Assembly (NCBI GenBank): GCA_015067615.1
Contig: SVMD01000012.1
Location: 3,718-67,717 of the forward strand
Source of the DNA: Oscillospiraceae bacterium
Lineage (GTDB): Bacteria > Bacillota > Clostridia > Oscillospirales > Oscillospiraceae
Direction of reading: 5' to 3'
DNA: 64,000 nucleotides
Of the stretch, positions 56,756 through 64,000 are shown piece by piece; position 1 is the first letter of the stretch, and every line of letters begins with the position of its first letter. The position numbers and the translations under genes are program-made. A model generated the notes under the pieces. That model ran no database searches. It was not told where the DNA came from and saw nothing but the letters and a program-made list of their open reading frames with translations.

Positions 56756-57919
56756 TCAGCGCTTCTCCAGGCCGTTGAGTCGCTCACACATGAATATCAT
56801 CAGCACCGTGATGCCGCCCACGTACAGGGGCAGCAGTGACACACTGATGTGGTTCGCAAGGATACCAAAGAGCGGAGGCATCAGGGACACGCCGGTGTAG
56901 GCCGCCGCCATCTGAACGCCGATGATGGCCTGGGAGTTTTCTTCACCGAAATGGTCAGGGGTGGAGTGGATGACGCAGGGATAGATGGGTGCGCAGCCCA
57001 GGCCGATCAGCAACAGGCCCGCCATAGCGCCCACAGTGCCAAAAGGCAGCAGCATCACGGCCACGCCCAGGAGCATAATTCCCTGCCCCAGACGGATCAG
57101 AGCCTTGTCCGAGAGTTTGTAGGTCAGGAAACCGTTGAAAAAGCGGCCGATGGTCATACCAATGAGAAACAAACTGGCAAAGCCCGCGGCGACATCCTCC
57201 GCCATGCCGCAGTGACGCACCAGATAGGTGCTGCCCCAGAGGATGGCGGTCTGCTCCGCGGCGCAGTAACAGAAGAAGGCGATCAGCACCTCTTTCGCAC
57301 CGGGAATGGCAAGAATCTGCTTCAGGCTCAGAGGGGCTCTGGGCGCGCCGTTTTCGCCGGATGCTTCCTGCTTTCTGGTTTTCCAGAGAGGCAGGCTCAG
57401 CAGCAGCACTGCCGTGAGACATACCTGAAACAGGGCAATATAGCGGTAACCCGTATTCCAGGTCAGACCGCCTGTGAGAGCAGAACCCATGACATATGGG
57501 CCCACGCTGGCGCCGATACCCCACATGCAGTGCAGCCAGCTCATATGGCGGCTGGCGTAGTGCAGAGCCACATAGTTATTAAGGCTGGCATCCACGCTGC
57601 CGGCGCCCAGGCCGTAGGGAATGGCCCAGACCAGCAGATGCCAGAACTCCGAGCTGACAGAAAAACCGAAGAGGGCCAGCGCTGTCAGGCCAACGCTGAA
57701 GGCGGTGACCTTACCGGCACCCAGCCACAGGGTCAGCCGGTCGGACAGAAGGCTGGAAACCACGGTTCCCATAGCCACCGTTACCGATACCACACCGGCC
57801 AGAGATACCGGCACAGCAAAATCCAGGCACATGGTGGGCCAGGCCGCGCCCAGCAGTGCATCCGGCAGACCCAGGCTGATAAAGGATATGTAAATAAGCG
57901 GAAGCAACAGACTGATCAT
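56756..57919 (-). CDS. MFS transporter
   Basis: About 387 aa, 12 TM. The track ORF starts at a TTG (57928) that abuts the RBS, so I prefer the ATG at 57919 or the GTG at 57922. Confidence 0.8.
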   Translation of the reverse strand: MISLLLPLIYISFISLGLPDALLGAAWPTMCLDFAVPVSLAGVVSVTVAMGTVVSSLLSDRLTLWLGAGKVTAFSVGLTALALFGFSVSSEFWHLLVWAIPYGLGAGSVDASLNNYVALHYASRHMSWLHCMWGIGASVGPYVMGSALTGGLTWNTGYRYIALFQVCLTAVLLLSLPLWKTRKQEASGENGAPRAPLSLKQILAIPGAKEVLIAFFCYCAAEQTAILWGSTYLVRHCGMAEDVAAGFASLFLIGMTIGRFFNGFLTYKLSDKALIRLGQGIMLLGVAVMLLPFGTVGAMAGLLLIGLGCAPIYPCVIHSTPDHFGEENSQAIIGVQMAAAYTGVSLMPPLFGILANHISVSLLPLYVGGITVLMIFMCERLNGLEKR

Positions 57920-57991
57920 CACAATCAACCTCCTGTAAATTTCGGTGGCATTATAGCAAAATCTTCCAGCTTTTGCAATACGATGGTGCGA

Positions 57992-58152
57992 TTAATTATC
58001 GTTTCGCGGCGCAGCCCGCCTTGCCTCCCCTTGAGGGGAGGTGGCCCGTAGGGCCGGAGGGGTGAAAGCCGAAAACCTTGTCTAACTCCATCCTTTCACC
58101 CCTCAGTCACGGCTATGCCGTGCCAGCTCCCCTCAAGGGGAGCCTTGGGGAA
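57992..58152. repeat. Hairpin-dense intergenic repeat, copy 5 (one terminal repeat only)
   Basis: TTAATTATCGTTT (57992-58004). Hairpins: CCTCCCC-ttga-GGGGAGG (58024-58041), GGCCC-gta-GGGCC (58043-58055), closing helix GGGGTGAAAG (58059-58068)/CTTTCACCCC (58093-58102), and GCTCCCC-tcaa-GGGGAGC (58126-58143). Confidence 0.8.
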
Positions 58153-58167
58153 GCATTTCCCTTCCCG

Positions 58168-58200
58168 AAAAAAATCCCGGGAGCGGCTGCTCCCGGGATT
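58168..58200 (-). terminator. Rho-independent terminator after the ClC gene
   Basis: AATCCCGGGAGC-ggct-GCTCCCGGGATT (58173-58200), followed on the minus strand by TTTTTTT. Confidence 0.75.
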
Positions 58201-58203
58201 GCT

Positions 58204-59460
58204 TTACTTCACACGGTCGAAATGGTTTTCCTTCAGGTCCGCCTTGTTGAACTCGATGATCTGGCTGGCATACAGGCCGCTGTTGCCGGATAGGACAAAG
58301 CAGATAACGCAGACCAGAGCAAAGAGGTACAGATTGGCGCCGCCGAACATCTCGATGCTCAGAACAATGGAGGCGATGGGAGAATTGGTGGCGCAGCAGA
58401 ACAGACCGATCAGGCCCAGAGCGCCGCAGATACCCGCGTCAAGGCCCAGAAGGCCGCCCAGCAAGCAGCCGAAGGTGGCGCCGACACAGAAGGTGGGCAC
58501 GATCTCGCCGCCCTTGAAGCCCGCCGCCAGGGTCACGGCGGTGAAGACCATCTTCAAGATGAAATTGTACCAGTCAGTCTGACCTGCCACAGCCTTCAGC
58601 GCCATGTCCATACCTGCGCCGTTGAACCGGTGGTCCCCCACGATCAGGGTCATCACCATAACGATGACACCGCCCACTGCGATGCGGATATAGGGATTCG
58701 CCACATGCTGCTTGGCAAAATGCTCTGCCTTGTGGAAGAAGGCGCACATGAAAATGCCCAGGACTGACACGGCTACGGCAAGCAATGCAACCTTACCCAG
58801 GGTCAGAACATCCATGCCCAGGGACGTTTCCAGCAGTAGTCCCTCGGCGTGAACGCCAAAGCTGAGGGACACCCGGCTTGCCACAAAGGCCGCCAGGAAG
58901 CAGGGCAGCAGAGCGGGAGAAAATACGGTGCCCACGGACTCAAACTCCATGCAGAACAGAGCCGCGGTCAGGGGGGTGCCGAACAGGCCCGCAAACACCG
59001 CCGCCATGCCGCTCATGACCATGACCTTCCGCTCGTTTTCGTCCAGCCTGAAAATTTTGGCCAGCAGGGATGCGGTGGAGCCGCCCAGCTGCAGCGCAGC
59101 GCCCTCACGGCCCGCAGAACCGCCGAACAGGTGGGTCATAGCTGTGGCCAGGAAGATACCGGGAAACACCGCAGGGCTCACCGGGTGGCCGTCCAGAGTG
59201 GCATCGATGATCTCGTTGGTGCCCTTGTTGTTCTGCAGCTTCAGAACCTTGTACAGGGTCACCGTCAGCAGACCGCCCACAGGCAGCAGGAAGATCAGCC
59301 AGCTATGCTCCCCTCTCAGGTGGGTCACAAAATGCAGGGCATGGTGGAAACCCGCGCCGATGAGACCGCCCAGGGCGCCCATGATCAGGCCCAGCAGGCC
59401 CCATTTTAAGAAGGTTTTGATGAATTTCTCCGGATGATGCAGCTTGTCCAGCCAGGCCAT
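58204..59460 (-). CDS. ClC-family voltage-gated chloride channel / H+-Cl- antiporter homologue
   Basis: 418 aa, multi-TM, with GREGAALQLG and GxFxP-type ClC selectivity motifs (GLFGTPLTAALF). Confidence 0.85.
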   Translation of the reverse strand: MAWLDKLHHPEKFIKTFLKWGLLGLIMGALGGLIGAGFHHALHFVTHLRGEHSWLIFLLPVGGLLTVTLYKVLKLQNNKGTNEIIDATLDGHPVSPAVFPGIFLATAMTHLFGGSAGREGAALQLGGSTASLLAKIFRLDENERKVMVMSGMAAVFAGLFGTPLTAALFCMEFESVGTVFSPALLPCFLAAFVASRVSLSFGVHAEGLLLETSLGMDVLTLGKVALLAVAVSVLGIFMCAFFHKAEHFAKQHVANPYIRIAVGGVIVMVMTLIVGDHRFNGAGMDMALKAVAGQTDWYNFILKMVFTAVTLAAGFKGGEIVPTFCVGATFGCLLGGLLGLDAGICGALGLIGLFCCATNSPIASIVLSIEMFGGANLYLFALVCVICFVLSGNSGLYASQIIEFNKADLKENHFDRVK

Positions 59461-59679
59461 AGAATCGCTTCCTTTTTGTTGGATTTAGGAATATTTTAGC
59501 ATAACAAAAATGGATTGGCAACCTTGTTTACATTTTGAATGGACTTTCATGAACACATTATGCTATAATTTCCCCACCGGACAGCATGTGTCCACCCCAG
59601 GACCGCGGCATTTCTCGCTTTGTGTCGTGGTTTTTGGGGCCGGACAGCGGTATGATAACCACGAAAGGAGGGGTTCGAA

Positions 59680-60399
59680 ATGAACCAGCAAAAGACAGGC
59701 GAACTACTCAAACGCCTTCGCAAGGATAAGGGGCTGACCCAGGAGCAGCTGGCGGAGCGTTTTTTCGTGTCCTCCCGGACTGTTTCCCGTTGGGAGACCG
59801 GCAGCAATATGCCCGATGTGGGGATGCTCATTGAGCTTGCGGACTTCTACGATGTGGACATTCGTGAAATCATTGACGGAGAAAGGAAAAGCGAGATTAT
59901 GGATAAGGAAACAAAGGATACATTATTGAAGGTGGCGGAGTACGCCGCTGAGGGCCACAGGAAGGCCCAGACTCAGGTTCTCTACATTGCCCTGGGTGTC
60001 TGCATTACTCTGGTTTTGTGTTCGATTCTGTTTTCCGGCGGCCATCCGGGCCTGCTCTATGGCATTGTACCCGAAACGGTATGTAATACCATTTTGGACG
60101 GTGTCTATCTGTTCACGGGCGTTCTTCTGGTTTCCTATCTGAAGGTTCGTCCCTTCCGTGAAAAGCCCTCCCCCGAGCCGGAGAAAACCCTCCGGGCCAC
60201 TGTTGTGGCCAAGGAAATTCGCTCCGGCACCGGAGCATCCGGCCGATCCCATATGGGCTACTCCTTTGTGATCCGCTTCCGGACCGAGGCTGGCCAGGAG
60301 CTGGAACTCTACGCCTATGAGGAGGAATTCGGCGGCCTGAAGGAAGGCTCCTCCGGTACCCTCACCTATCAGGGCCGGTATTTTGTGGATTTCCGGTAA
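59680..60399 (+). CDS. XRE-family HTH regulator fused to a membrane segment and a DUF2500-like C-terminal domain
   Basis: N-terminal HTH_3 (LKRLRKDKGLTQEQLAERFFVSSRTVSRWETGSNMPDVGMLIELADFYDVDIREI), 2 TMs and a C-terminal beta-rich domain. Confidence 0.8.
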   Translation: MNQQKTGELLKRLRKDKGLTQEQLAERFFVSSRTVSRWETGSNMPDVGMLIELADFYDVDIREIIDGERKSEIMDKETKDTLLKVAEYAAEGHRKAQTQVLYIALGVCITLVLCSILFSGGHPGLLYGIVPETVCNTILDGVYLFTGVLLVSYLKVRPFREKPSPEPEKTLRATVVAKEIRSGTGASGRSHMGYSFVIRFRTEAGQELELYAYEEEFGGLKEGSSGTLTYQGRYFVDFR

Positions 60400-60448
60400 A
60401 ATGCGTTGGTGGAACCACGTAATTGGATAATATACCTCATTCACAAGC

Positions 60449-60484
60449 AAAGAAGAGGGAGCCGAAATCGGTTCCCTCTTCTTC
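60449..60484. terminator. Bidirectional terminator hairpin
   Basis: AAGAAGAGGGAGCCG-aaat-CGGTTCCCTCTTCTT, between convergent genes. Confidence 0.7.
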
Positions 60485-61249
60485 TCATATATGAATTTGA
60501 AAATCACCGTAATCAAAAATCCCGCCTCCATGCTTTAGTTTCCCTTCTGCATCCAACTGCTCAAATGCATATGCAATTCTGTTAATAATATCCCTGGGAA
60601 CATTTTGCTGGTGGTGGGCAGGCAATATGCGCTCCACAGAAAGCGCCTGGATCTTGTGAATGGATTCTTTAAACTGCATCGGGTCAGTCGTGGGATAAAA
60701 AGCATCCAGGCAGCCGCAATAAACCAGGTCACCTGAATAAAGATATTTTCTGTCCGGCTCATAGAAGCAGCAATGTCCCGGTGAATGCCCCGGTGTATGA
60801 ATCACCTGAATTTTTCTGTTTCCCAAATCATATAGTTCTCCATCCCGAAAGGTTTCCGAGACTTTTCCGTTAAAAAGCTGATAATCGTCAATTTGAAAAT
60901 CCGCAGGAAAATCACATGGATATCTTGTTAAATTGCGCTTTACCATCTGCAAGGATAAGGGAAACTGGTTCTCAAGCCATGCTTTCTCAAGCTCATGTAC
61001 CGCTATACAGTCAAATCTTCCATGGGAACCAATATGATCCCAGTGGGCATGCGTTGTGAGCACCTTCACAGGTGACGATGTGATCTCATCAATGATATTT
61101 CGGATATTTTCAACACCCAAACCTGTATCTATCAACACGGAATATTTCGATCCCCGCAGAAGATAAGCGTGCGTTTCCTCCCAGTGCTTATACTCACTGA
61201 TCGCAAACGTATCATCGTCTATTTGATCGACAGAGAACCAGTCGCCCAT
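60485..61249 (-). CDS. MBL-fold metallo-hydrolase
   Basis: 254 aa with the HxHxDH motif (THAHWDHIGS) and downstream His/Asp ligands (HTPGHSPGH). GC content is clearly lower than in the neighbouring genes. Confidence 0.85.
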   Translation of the reverse strand: MGDWFSVDQIDDDTFAISEYKHWEETHAYLLRGSKYSVLIDTGLGVENIRNIIDEITSSPVKVLTTHAHWDHIGSHGRFDCIAVHELEKAWLENQFPLSLQMVKRNLTRYPCDFPADFQIDDYQLFNGKVSETFRDGELYDLGNRKIQVIHTPGHSPGHCCFYEPDRKYLYSGDLVYCGCLDAFYPTTDPMQFKESIHKIQALSVERILPAHHQQNVPRDIINRIAYAFEQLDAEGKLKHGGGIFDYGDFQIHI

Positions 61250-61324
61250 ACTATTTCACCTAACCTGTATCAAAATCAGATCCATCAGAAAAATCAGTGA
61301 CTTATTTTTCACTCACATGTAAGC

Positions 61325-61355
61325 AAAAAGTCCAACACCGGAAGGTGTTGGACTT
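61325..61355 (-). terminator. Rho-independent terminator immediately downstream of the tRNA 3' fragment
   Basis: AAGTCCAACACC-ttcc-GGTGTTGGACTT (read on the minus strand), followed by TTTTT. Confidence 0.7.
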
Positions 61356-61356
61356 C

Positions 61357-61401
61357 TGGAGCTGCTAGCCAGATTTGAACTGGCGACCTCATCCTTACCA
61401 A
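61357..61401 (-). other. 45-nt tRNA 3' fragment (anticodon loop to CCA); putative att core of the adjacent integrative element
   Basis: The minus strand reads TTGGTAA-GGATG-AGGTC-GCCAG-TTCAAAT-CTGGC-TAGCAGC-T-CCA. This parses as anticodon loop (U33, GGT, A37), 3' anticodon stem, variable loop, T arm, 3' acceptor strand, discriminator and CCA. No D arm or 5' acceptor strand lies upstream, so it is a fragment. The GGT anticodon would make it tRNA-Thr. Confidence 0.7.
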
Positions 61402-61562
61402 AATTATACCCGTTTTATTACCCTATTGCAGCTTGTGGTTTGATACAGCGAAAATGCATTGCGGCACACCGGCTTTTCCGTTTTGCTTCCGGGTGCTTGC
61501 TGTCTCCTATTCCAGGCTAACTGTGGCGGTTTTTCGGTTATGGTCTGGGTTTTGTATGGGTT

Positions 61563-62765
61563 TTACTTGGTGCCGCCACCGGTCTGATTGACGGCATTTC
61601 GGAAGATCTGACTTGCCCGTTTCATGCTCTCCTGGTCTGCATGGGTGTACATTCTCAGGGTTACGGCCTTGTCCGTGTGGCCCAGTTTTTCCGATACACT
61701 GGCTATATCTGCGCCGTTCGTGATGGCAATACTGGCGAAGCTGTGCCGGAGCTTGTGCGGATGCAGCCCCGCCACCCCATATTTTTGAGAGAACTTCTTC
61801 AGGTACCGTGTGGGGCTCTGGGGGTGCATAGGATCAGCGCTTGCATCTTGGGTGAATACATAAGGGCTGATTGCGTGGCGGGCCTGTTCTTGGCGCAGCT
61901 GCCACAGGAGCTGTATAACATTGGGATCAACATCGATCATCCGGCTCTTTCCGTTCTTCGGCGTGTCCAGATAGACACCTTCAGCGGAGGTATAGCAGAG
62001 ATTCCGGGAAATGGTGATAGTGTTTGCCTTAAAATCCACGTCCTGCCATTGCAGGCCGCAGCACTCGCCCCGGCGGATACCAGTATCGATCAGCAGTCGA
62101 ACCAACGCCCGCCACTTGAGCGGCTCCTGTTCCAGGCAGTCCCAAATGTGGCGAATCTCCTGGGCGCTGTATGCTTCAGCTTCCTGTGCTACACTCTCCC
62201 CCTTCCGGGGCTTTGGGCGCTCCACTTTATCCATGGGATTTCTGTCGATCACATCGGACATATAGGCCATTTTGAAAAGGGTCTGAAGGATCGTATAAAC
62301 CTTCAGGATGGTTCCGTGGCTCTTTTCCTTGGCCTGCATGGACAGCAGCAGGGCGGATATCTGAGCGGCGGTGATATCGGGCATTTTGTAGCCACCAAGG
62401 GCGGGATAAATCCACTTATCCAGATTACCCTGATAGCTCGACCGTGTATTCTCGGCGCAGCGAACCGCCACCGAGGGCATGAAAACAGCTGTGCCGTATT
62501 GCTTGAGTGTGCGGATCTGGGCAGCTTCCAGGTCCCGCTGCTGCTTCCGTTCCCTCTCTTCCTCCCGGCTGAGCACTTCTCCTGCCTTTACCTTTCGCTC
62601 GAACTCAGCCGCCACCCGGGTTAATTCCCGATCGATAGCCTTTTGGCTCCAGCCTGGTGGCGGATACCAGCGGGAGGTCAGTGCCGACTTGCCCCGACCC
62701 CGGGAGACGATGATCTCATAAAACGGCGTGCCGTCTTTTGTATTCAATTTTCTTGTGGATGCCAT
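61563..62765 (-). CDS. Tyrosine-type site-specific integrase (phage integrase family)
   Basis: 400 aa from the ATG at 62765 (MASTRKLNTKDG...) behind AAAAGGAGGA. It has an N-terminal SAM-like/arm-binding region and a catalytic domain with R (TGIRRGE), HxLRH (HPHKLRHSFAS) and the Tyr region (GHTDKAVTLRMYTH). Confidence 0.9.
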   Translation of the reverse strand: MASTRKLNTKDGTPFYEIIVSRGRGKSALTSRWYPPPGWSQKAIDRELTRVAAEFERKVKAGEVLSREEERERKQQRDLEAAQIRTLKQYGTAVFMPSVAVRCAENTRSSYQGNLDKWIYPALGGYKMPDITAAQISALLLSMQAKEKSHGTILKVYTILQTLFKMAYMSDVIDRNPMDKVERPKPRKGESVAQEAEAYSAQEIRHIWDCLEQEPLKWRALVRLLIDTGIRRGECCGLQWQDVDFKANTITISRNLCYTSAEGVYLDTPKNGKSRMIDVDPNVIQLLWQLRQEQARHAISPYVFTQDASADPMHPQSPTRYLKKFSQKYGVAGLHPHKLRHSFASIAITNGADIASVSEKLGHTDKAVTLRMYTHADQESMKRASQIFRNAVNQTGGGTK

Positions 62766-62782
62766 GGTTTCCTCCTTTTCGG

Positions 62783-62812
62783 TTGACACCACGGCCCGGA
62801 AAATGGTATAAT
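62783..62812 (+). promoter_or_regulatory. Strong consensus sigma-A promoter pointing away from the integrase start
   Basis: TTGACA (62783-62788), 18 nt, TATAAT (62807-62812). Confidence 0.55.
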
Positions 62813-62818
62813 AAATGG

Positions 62819-62898
62819 GCATAGTGGTGCCTTGGTTTGGCGACTTGGGCTTGCTTGCATCTGCCCTCTCTGTGTTGGCGCACGGAGAGGGCTTTTTT
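62819..62898 (+). ncRNA. Candidate small RNA of about 80 nt (promoter-to-terminator unit)
   Basis: It runs from the consensus promoter above to an intrinsic terminator, GCCCTCTC...GAGAGGGC (62863-62870 / 62885-62892) plus TTTTTT (62893-62898). No convincing ORF or RBS lies inside. Confidence 0.4.
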
Positions 62899-63113
62899 AT
62901 GCCCTGGTGTTGGCGCACTGGGGCTTTATGCATTTTTATGCATAATATACATAATATATTCAGCGAGATATTTTCCCAGTACGCGGCGTGAACGTCGGAG
63001 CGCCCCCTGGGAGGGGGGTATACCCCCTATTTTGAGAAGGCAAACGTTCTTTTTGGGCTTTTCTGCTGTAATTTCCTAAACGTTTGGGATTCCCGGCACC
63101 GCCGGATGGGGGA

Positions 63114-63329
63114 TCAGAGCAAATACCGCTTATCAACATCAAAGTCCAGACCGATCTCCGCCAGGTCACGACCGGCGAAAGCATCTTGTATGATGCACAG
63201 TGATTCCGCATAGGCCAGCAGCTCCCCGAATTCCATATGATCCAGATTCTCCCGGCCTTTGCTCCGCAGCTCGTCCGCTGCTTCCGTGATGTTCTCGACG
63301 ATTTCTTGAATCAGGTGTAGAGATTCCAC
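63114..63329 (-). CDS. Hypothetical small acidic protein (71 aa) co-transcribed with the repressor
   Basis: The GTG start lies 3 nt after the repressor stop, behind a GGGAGA RBS. I recognise no family. Confidence 0.5.
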   Translation of the reverse strand: MESLHLIQEIVENITEAADELRSKGRENLDHMEFGELLAYAESLCIIQDAFAGRDLAEIGLDFDVDKRYLL

Positions 63330-63332
63330 AGC

Positions 63333-63770
63333 TTAGTCTCCCTGTTTGTTCAGCCTGAATTTATCAATTTCTGATAACATTTCAGTATATCTAATTGCTT
63401 CATCTTTACCCGAATCATTGAGCGCCTGAAACCCACTCAACAATTTACCTTCACGAGTAGTCATGGAAGCATAGATATATTCTCCGTTCTCTGTTAGCAC
63501 TCGAACTCTTGTTTCCTCGCAAATATTAAGATTCTCGTCAAGCTTTAAGTGAATATCTAGCGTTTCATCCAGTTGTGACGGATGAACTCCGAGGGCCTCA
63601 GCAATTCTCTGAATAGTTTCAAATTTTGGTTTTCTAAGGTCATTTTCATACTGCCCAATCATGGAAGCAGAAACACCGAGCTTTTCACCAAGCTCTTTCT
63701 GTGTCATTTTTGATTTTTTGCGTGCCTTTTGAATGCGTTCACCTGTGGTCATATCTTTCACCTCATTCAT
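63333..63770 (-). CDS. XRE-family HTH repressor (cI-like)
   Basis: 145 aa with HTH_3 (ERIQKARKKSKMTQKELGEKLGVSASMIGQYENDLRKPKFETIQRIAEALGV) and a C-terminal oligomerisation-like region. It is divergent from a second HTH gene. Confidence 0.85.
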   Translation of the reverse strand: MNEVKDMTTGERIQKARKKSKMTQKELGEKLGVSASMIGQYENDLRKPKFETIQRIAEALGVHPSQLDETLDIHLKLDENLNICEETRVRVLTENGEYIYASMTTREGKLLSGFQALNDSGKDEAIRYTEMLSEIDKFRLNKQGD

Positions 63771-63818
63771 ACATTACCACATCTGCAAAGAAAAAACAAG
63801 CAAAAGCTCATATTTTTC

Positions 63819-63847
63819 TTGACAAATAGCATTTGCTATTATATTAT
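63819..63847 (+). promoter_or_regulatory. Promoter with an embedded palindromic operator for the Cro-like gene
   Basis: TTGACA (63819-63824), a 17-nt spacer, then TATTAT (63842-63847). The spacer contains the inverted repeat AATAGCA-tt-TGCTATT (63825-63840). Confidence 0.55.
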
Positions 63848-63890
63848 ACATTTATCCCAAGCAAATGATAATGTTCAAAGAGGTGATACT

Positions 63891-64000
63891 ATGAAAATCG
63901 ACGTTACAAAAATCAAGCTGCTGCTTGCAGCCCAGGAACTGACCATGAGCGAGTTTGCTAACCGCTCCGGTGTTTCCAGACAGAGCATCTGTACTATCAT
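63891..64000 (+). CDS. XRE-family HTH protein (Cro-like), 5' part; runs off the right edge
   Basis: ATG at 63891 behind AAAGAGGTGA. My translation is MKIDVTKIKLLLAAQELTMSEFANRSGVSRQSICTI, an HTH_3-type start. Confidence 0.7.
   Translation, partial: MKIDVTKIKLLLAAQELTMSEFANRSGVSRQSICTI

Larger units (their letters stand above)
61357..64000. mobile_element. Left end of an integrative element or prophage (continues beyond the right window edge)
   Basis: A tRNA-fragment att site, a tyrosine integrase, a cI-like repressor and a divergent Cro-like HTH gene. GC content drops in the 63.1-63.9 kb region. Confidence 0.7.

Noticed and set aside
59461-59560. A fluoride riboswitch or CLC-F assignment for the ClC gene at 58204..59460.
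   Set aside because: The upstream region on the coding strand shows no crcB-motif core, and I cannot verify CLC-F-specific selectivity residues by eye. I kept it as a generic ClC family member.
61357-61440. A complete tRNA gene at the integrase-proximal site.
   Set aside because: Only the anticodon loop to CCA can be folded. The 35-40 nt 5' of it (GCTGCAATAGGGTAATAAAACGGGTATAATT) gives no acceptor, D-arm or anticodon-stem pairing. It was annotated as a 3' fragment/att core instead.
62837-63079. The 80-aa plus-strand ORF in the integrase-repressor spacer (and 62960..63211 on the minus strand).
   Set aside because: It has no RBS and an odd composition. It spans the terminator hairpins, direct repeats and the GGGGGTATACCCCC palindrome. 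The region is better explained as regulatory or att-arm DNA.

Overview
This is a 64-kb chromosomal window from a high-GC Firmicute. Gene content suggests a Clostridia/Oscillospirales-type gut anaerobe: a CIRCE operator, DUF4830, a DHHW protein, and an FMN riboswitch in front of an ECF RibU. That taxonomic call is inference only. I support about 55 protein genes, nearly all housekeeping or envelope/transport functions.

Gene content, left to right:
- lysS (partial) and greA.
- A division-hydrolase cluster: ftsE-ftsX, two tandem coiled-coil M23 peptidases and an S41 C-terminal processing protease.
- A PucR-type regulator, an RsuA-like pseudouridine synthase, the FMN riboswitch with ribU, argS and an ABC-F ATPase.
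- Two ECF sigma/anti-sigma pairs, ABC and MATE exporters, an LCP protein, and clpB behind a perfect CIRCE.
- An MBOAT + DHHW O-acyltransferase pair.
- A five-gene Opp-type peptide importor plus a DUF3899 protein.
- A polar amino-acid ABC importer plus an M20 amidohydrolase.
- ArsR, a membrane metallophosphoesterase, GH2 and MFS genes.
- An envelope-glycan cluster: a GT2-GtrA fusion, a phosphodiester glycosidase, a Lys-rich membrane protein and a PAP2 phosphatase.
- A second MFS gene, ClC, an XRE regulator and an MBL hydrolase.

From about 61.36 kb to the right edge lies the end of an integrative element or prophage. It has a 45-nt tRNA 3' fragment as its att site, a tyrosine integrase and a divergent repressor/Cro-like switch.

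No CRISPR array, rRNA gene or intact tRNA gene was found.

The most unusual signals are:
1. A family of five hairpin-dense intergenic repeats. Some are bounded by the terminal inverted repeat TAAATTATCGTTTAGC. Their stems are rewritten with compensatory changes between copies.
2. An Opp-type importer in which the binding protein, one permease and both ATPases are all greatly enlarged by insertions.
3. The integrative-element edge, which carries a well-defined promoter-to-terminator small-RNA candidate antisense to the integrase leader.

I did not find a clear, self-contained novel multi-gene system such as a defence island in this window.
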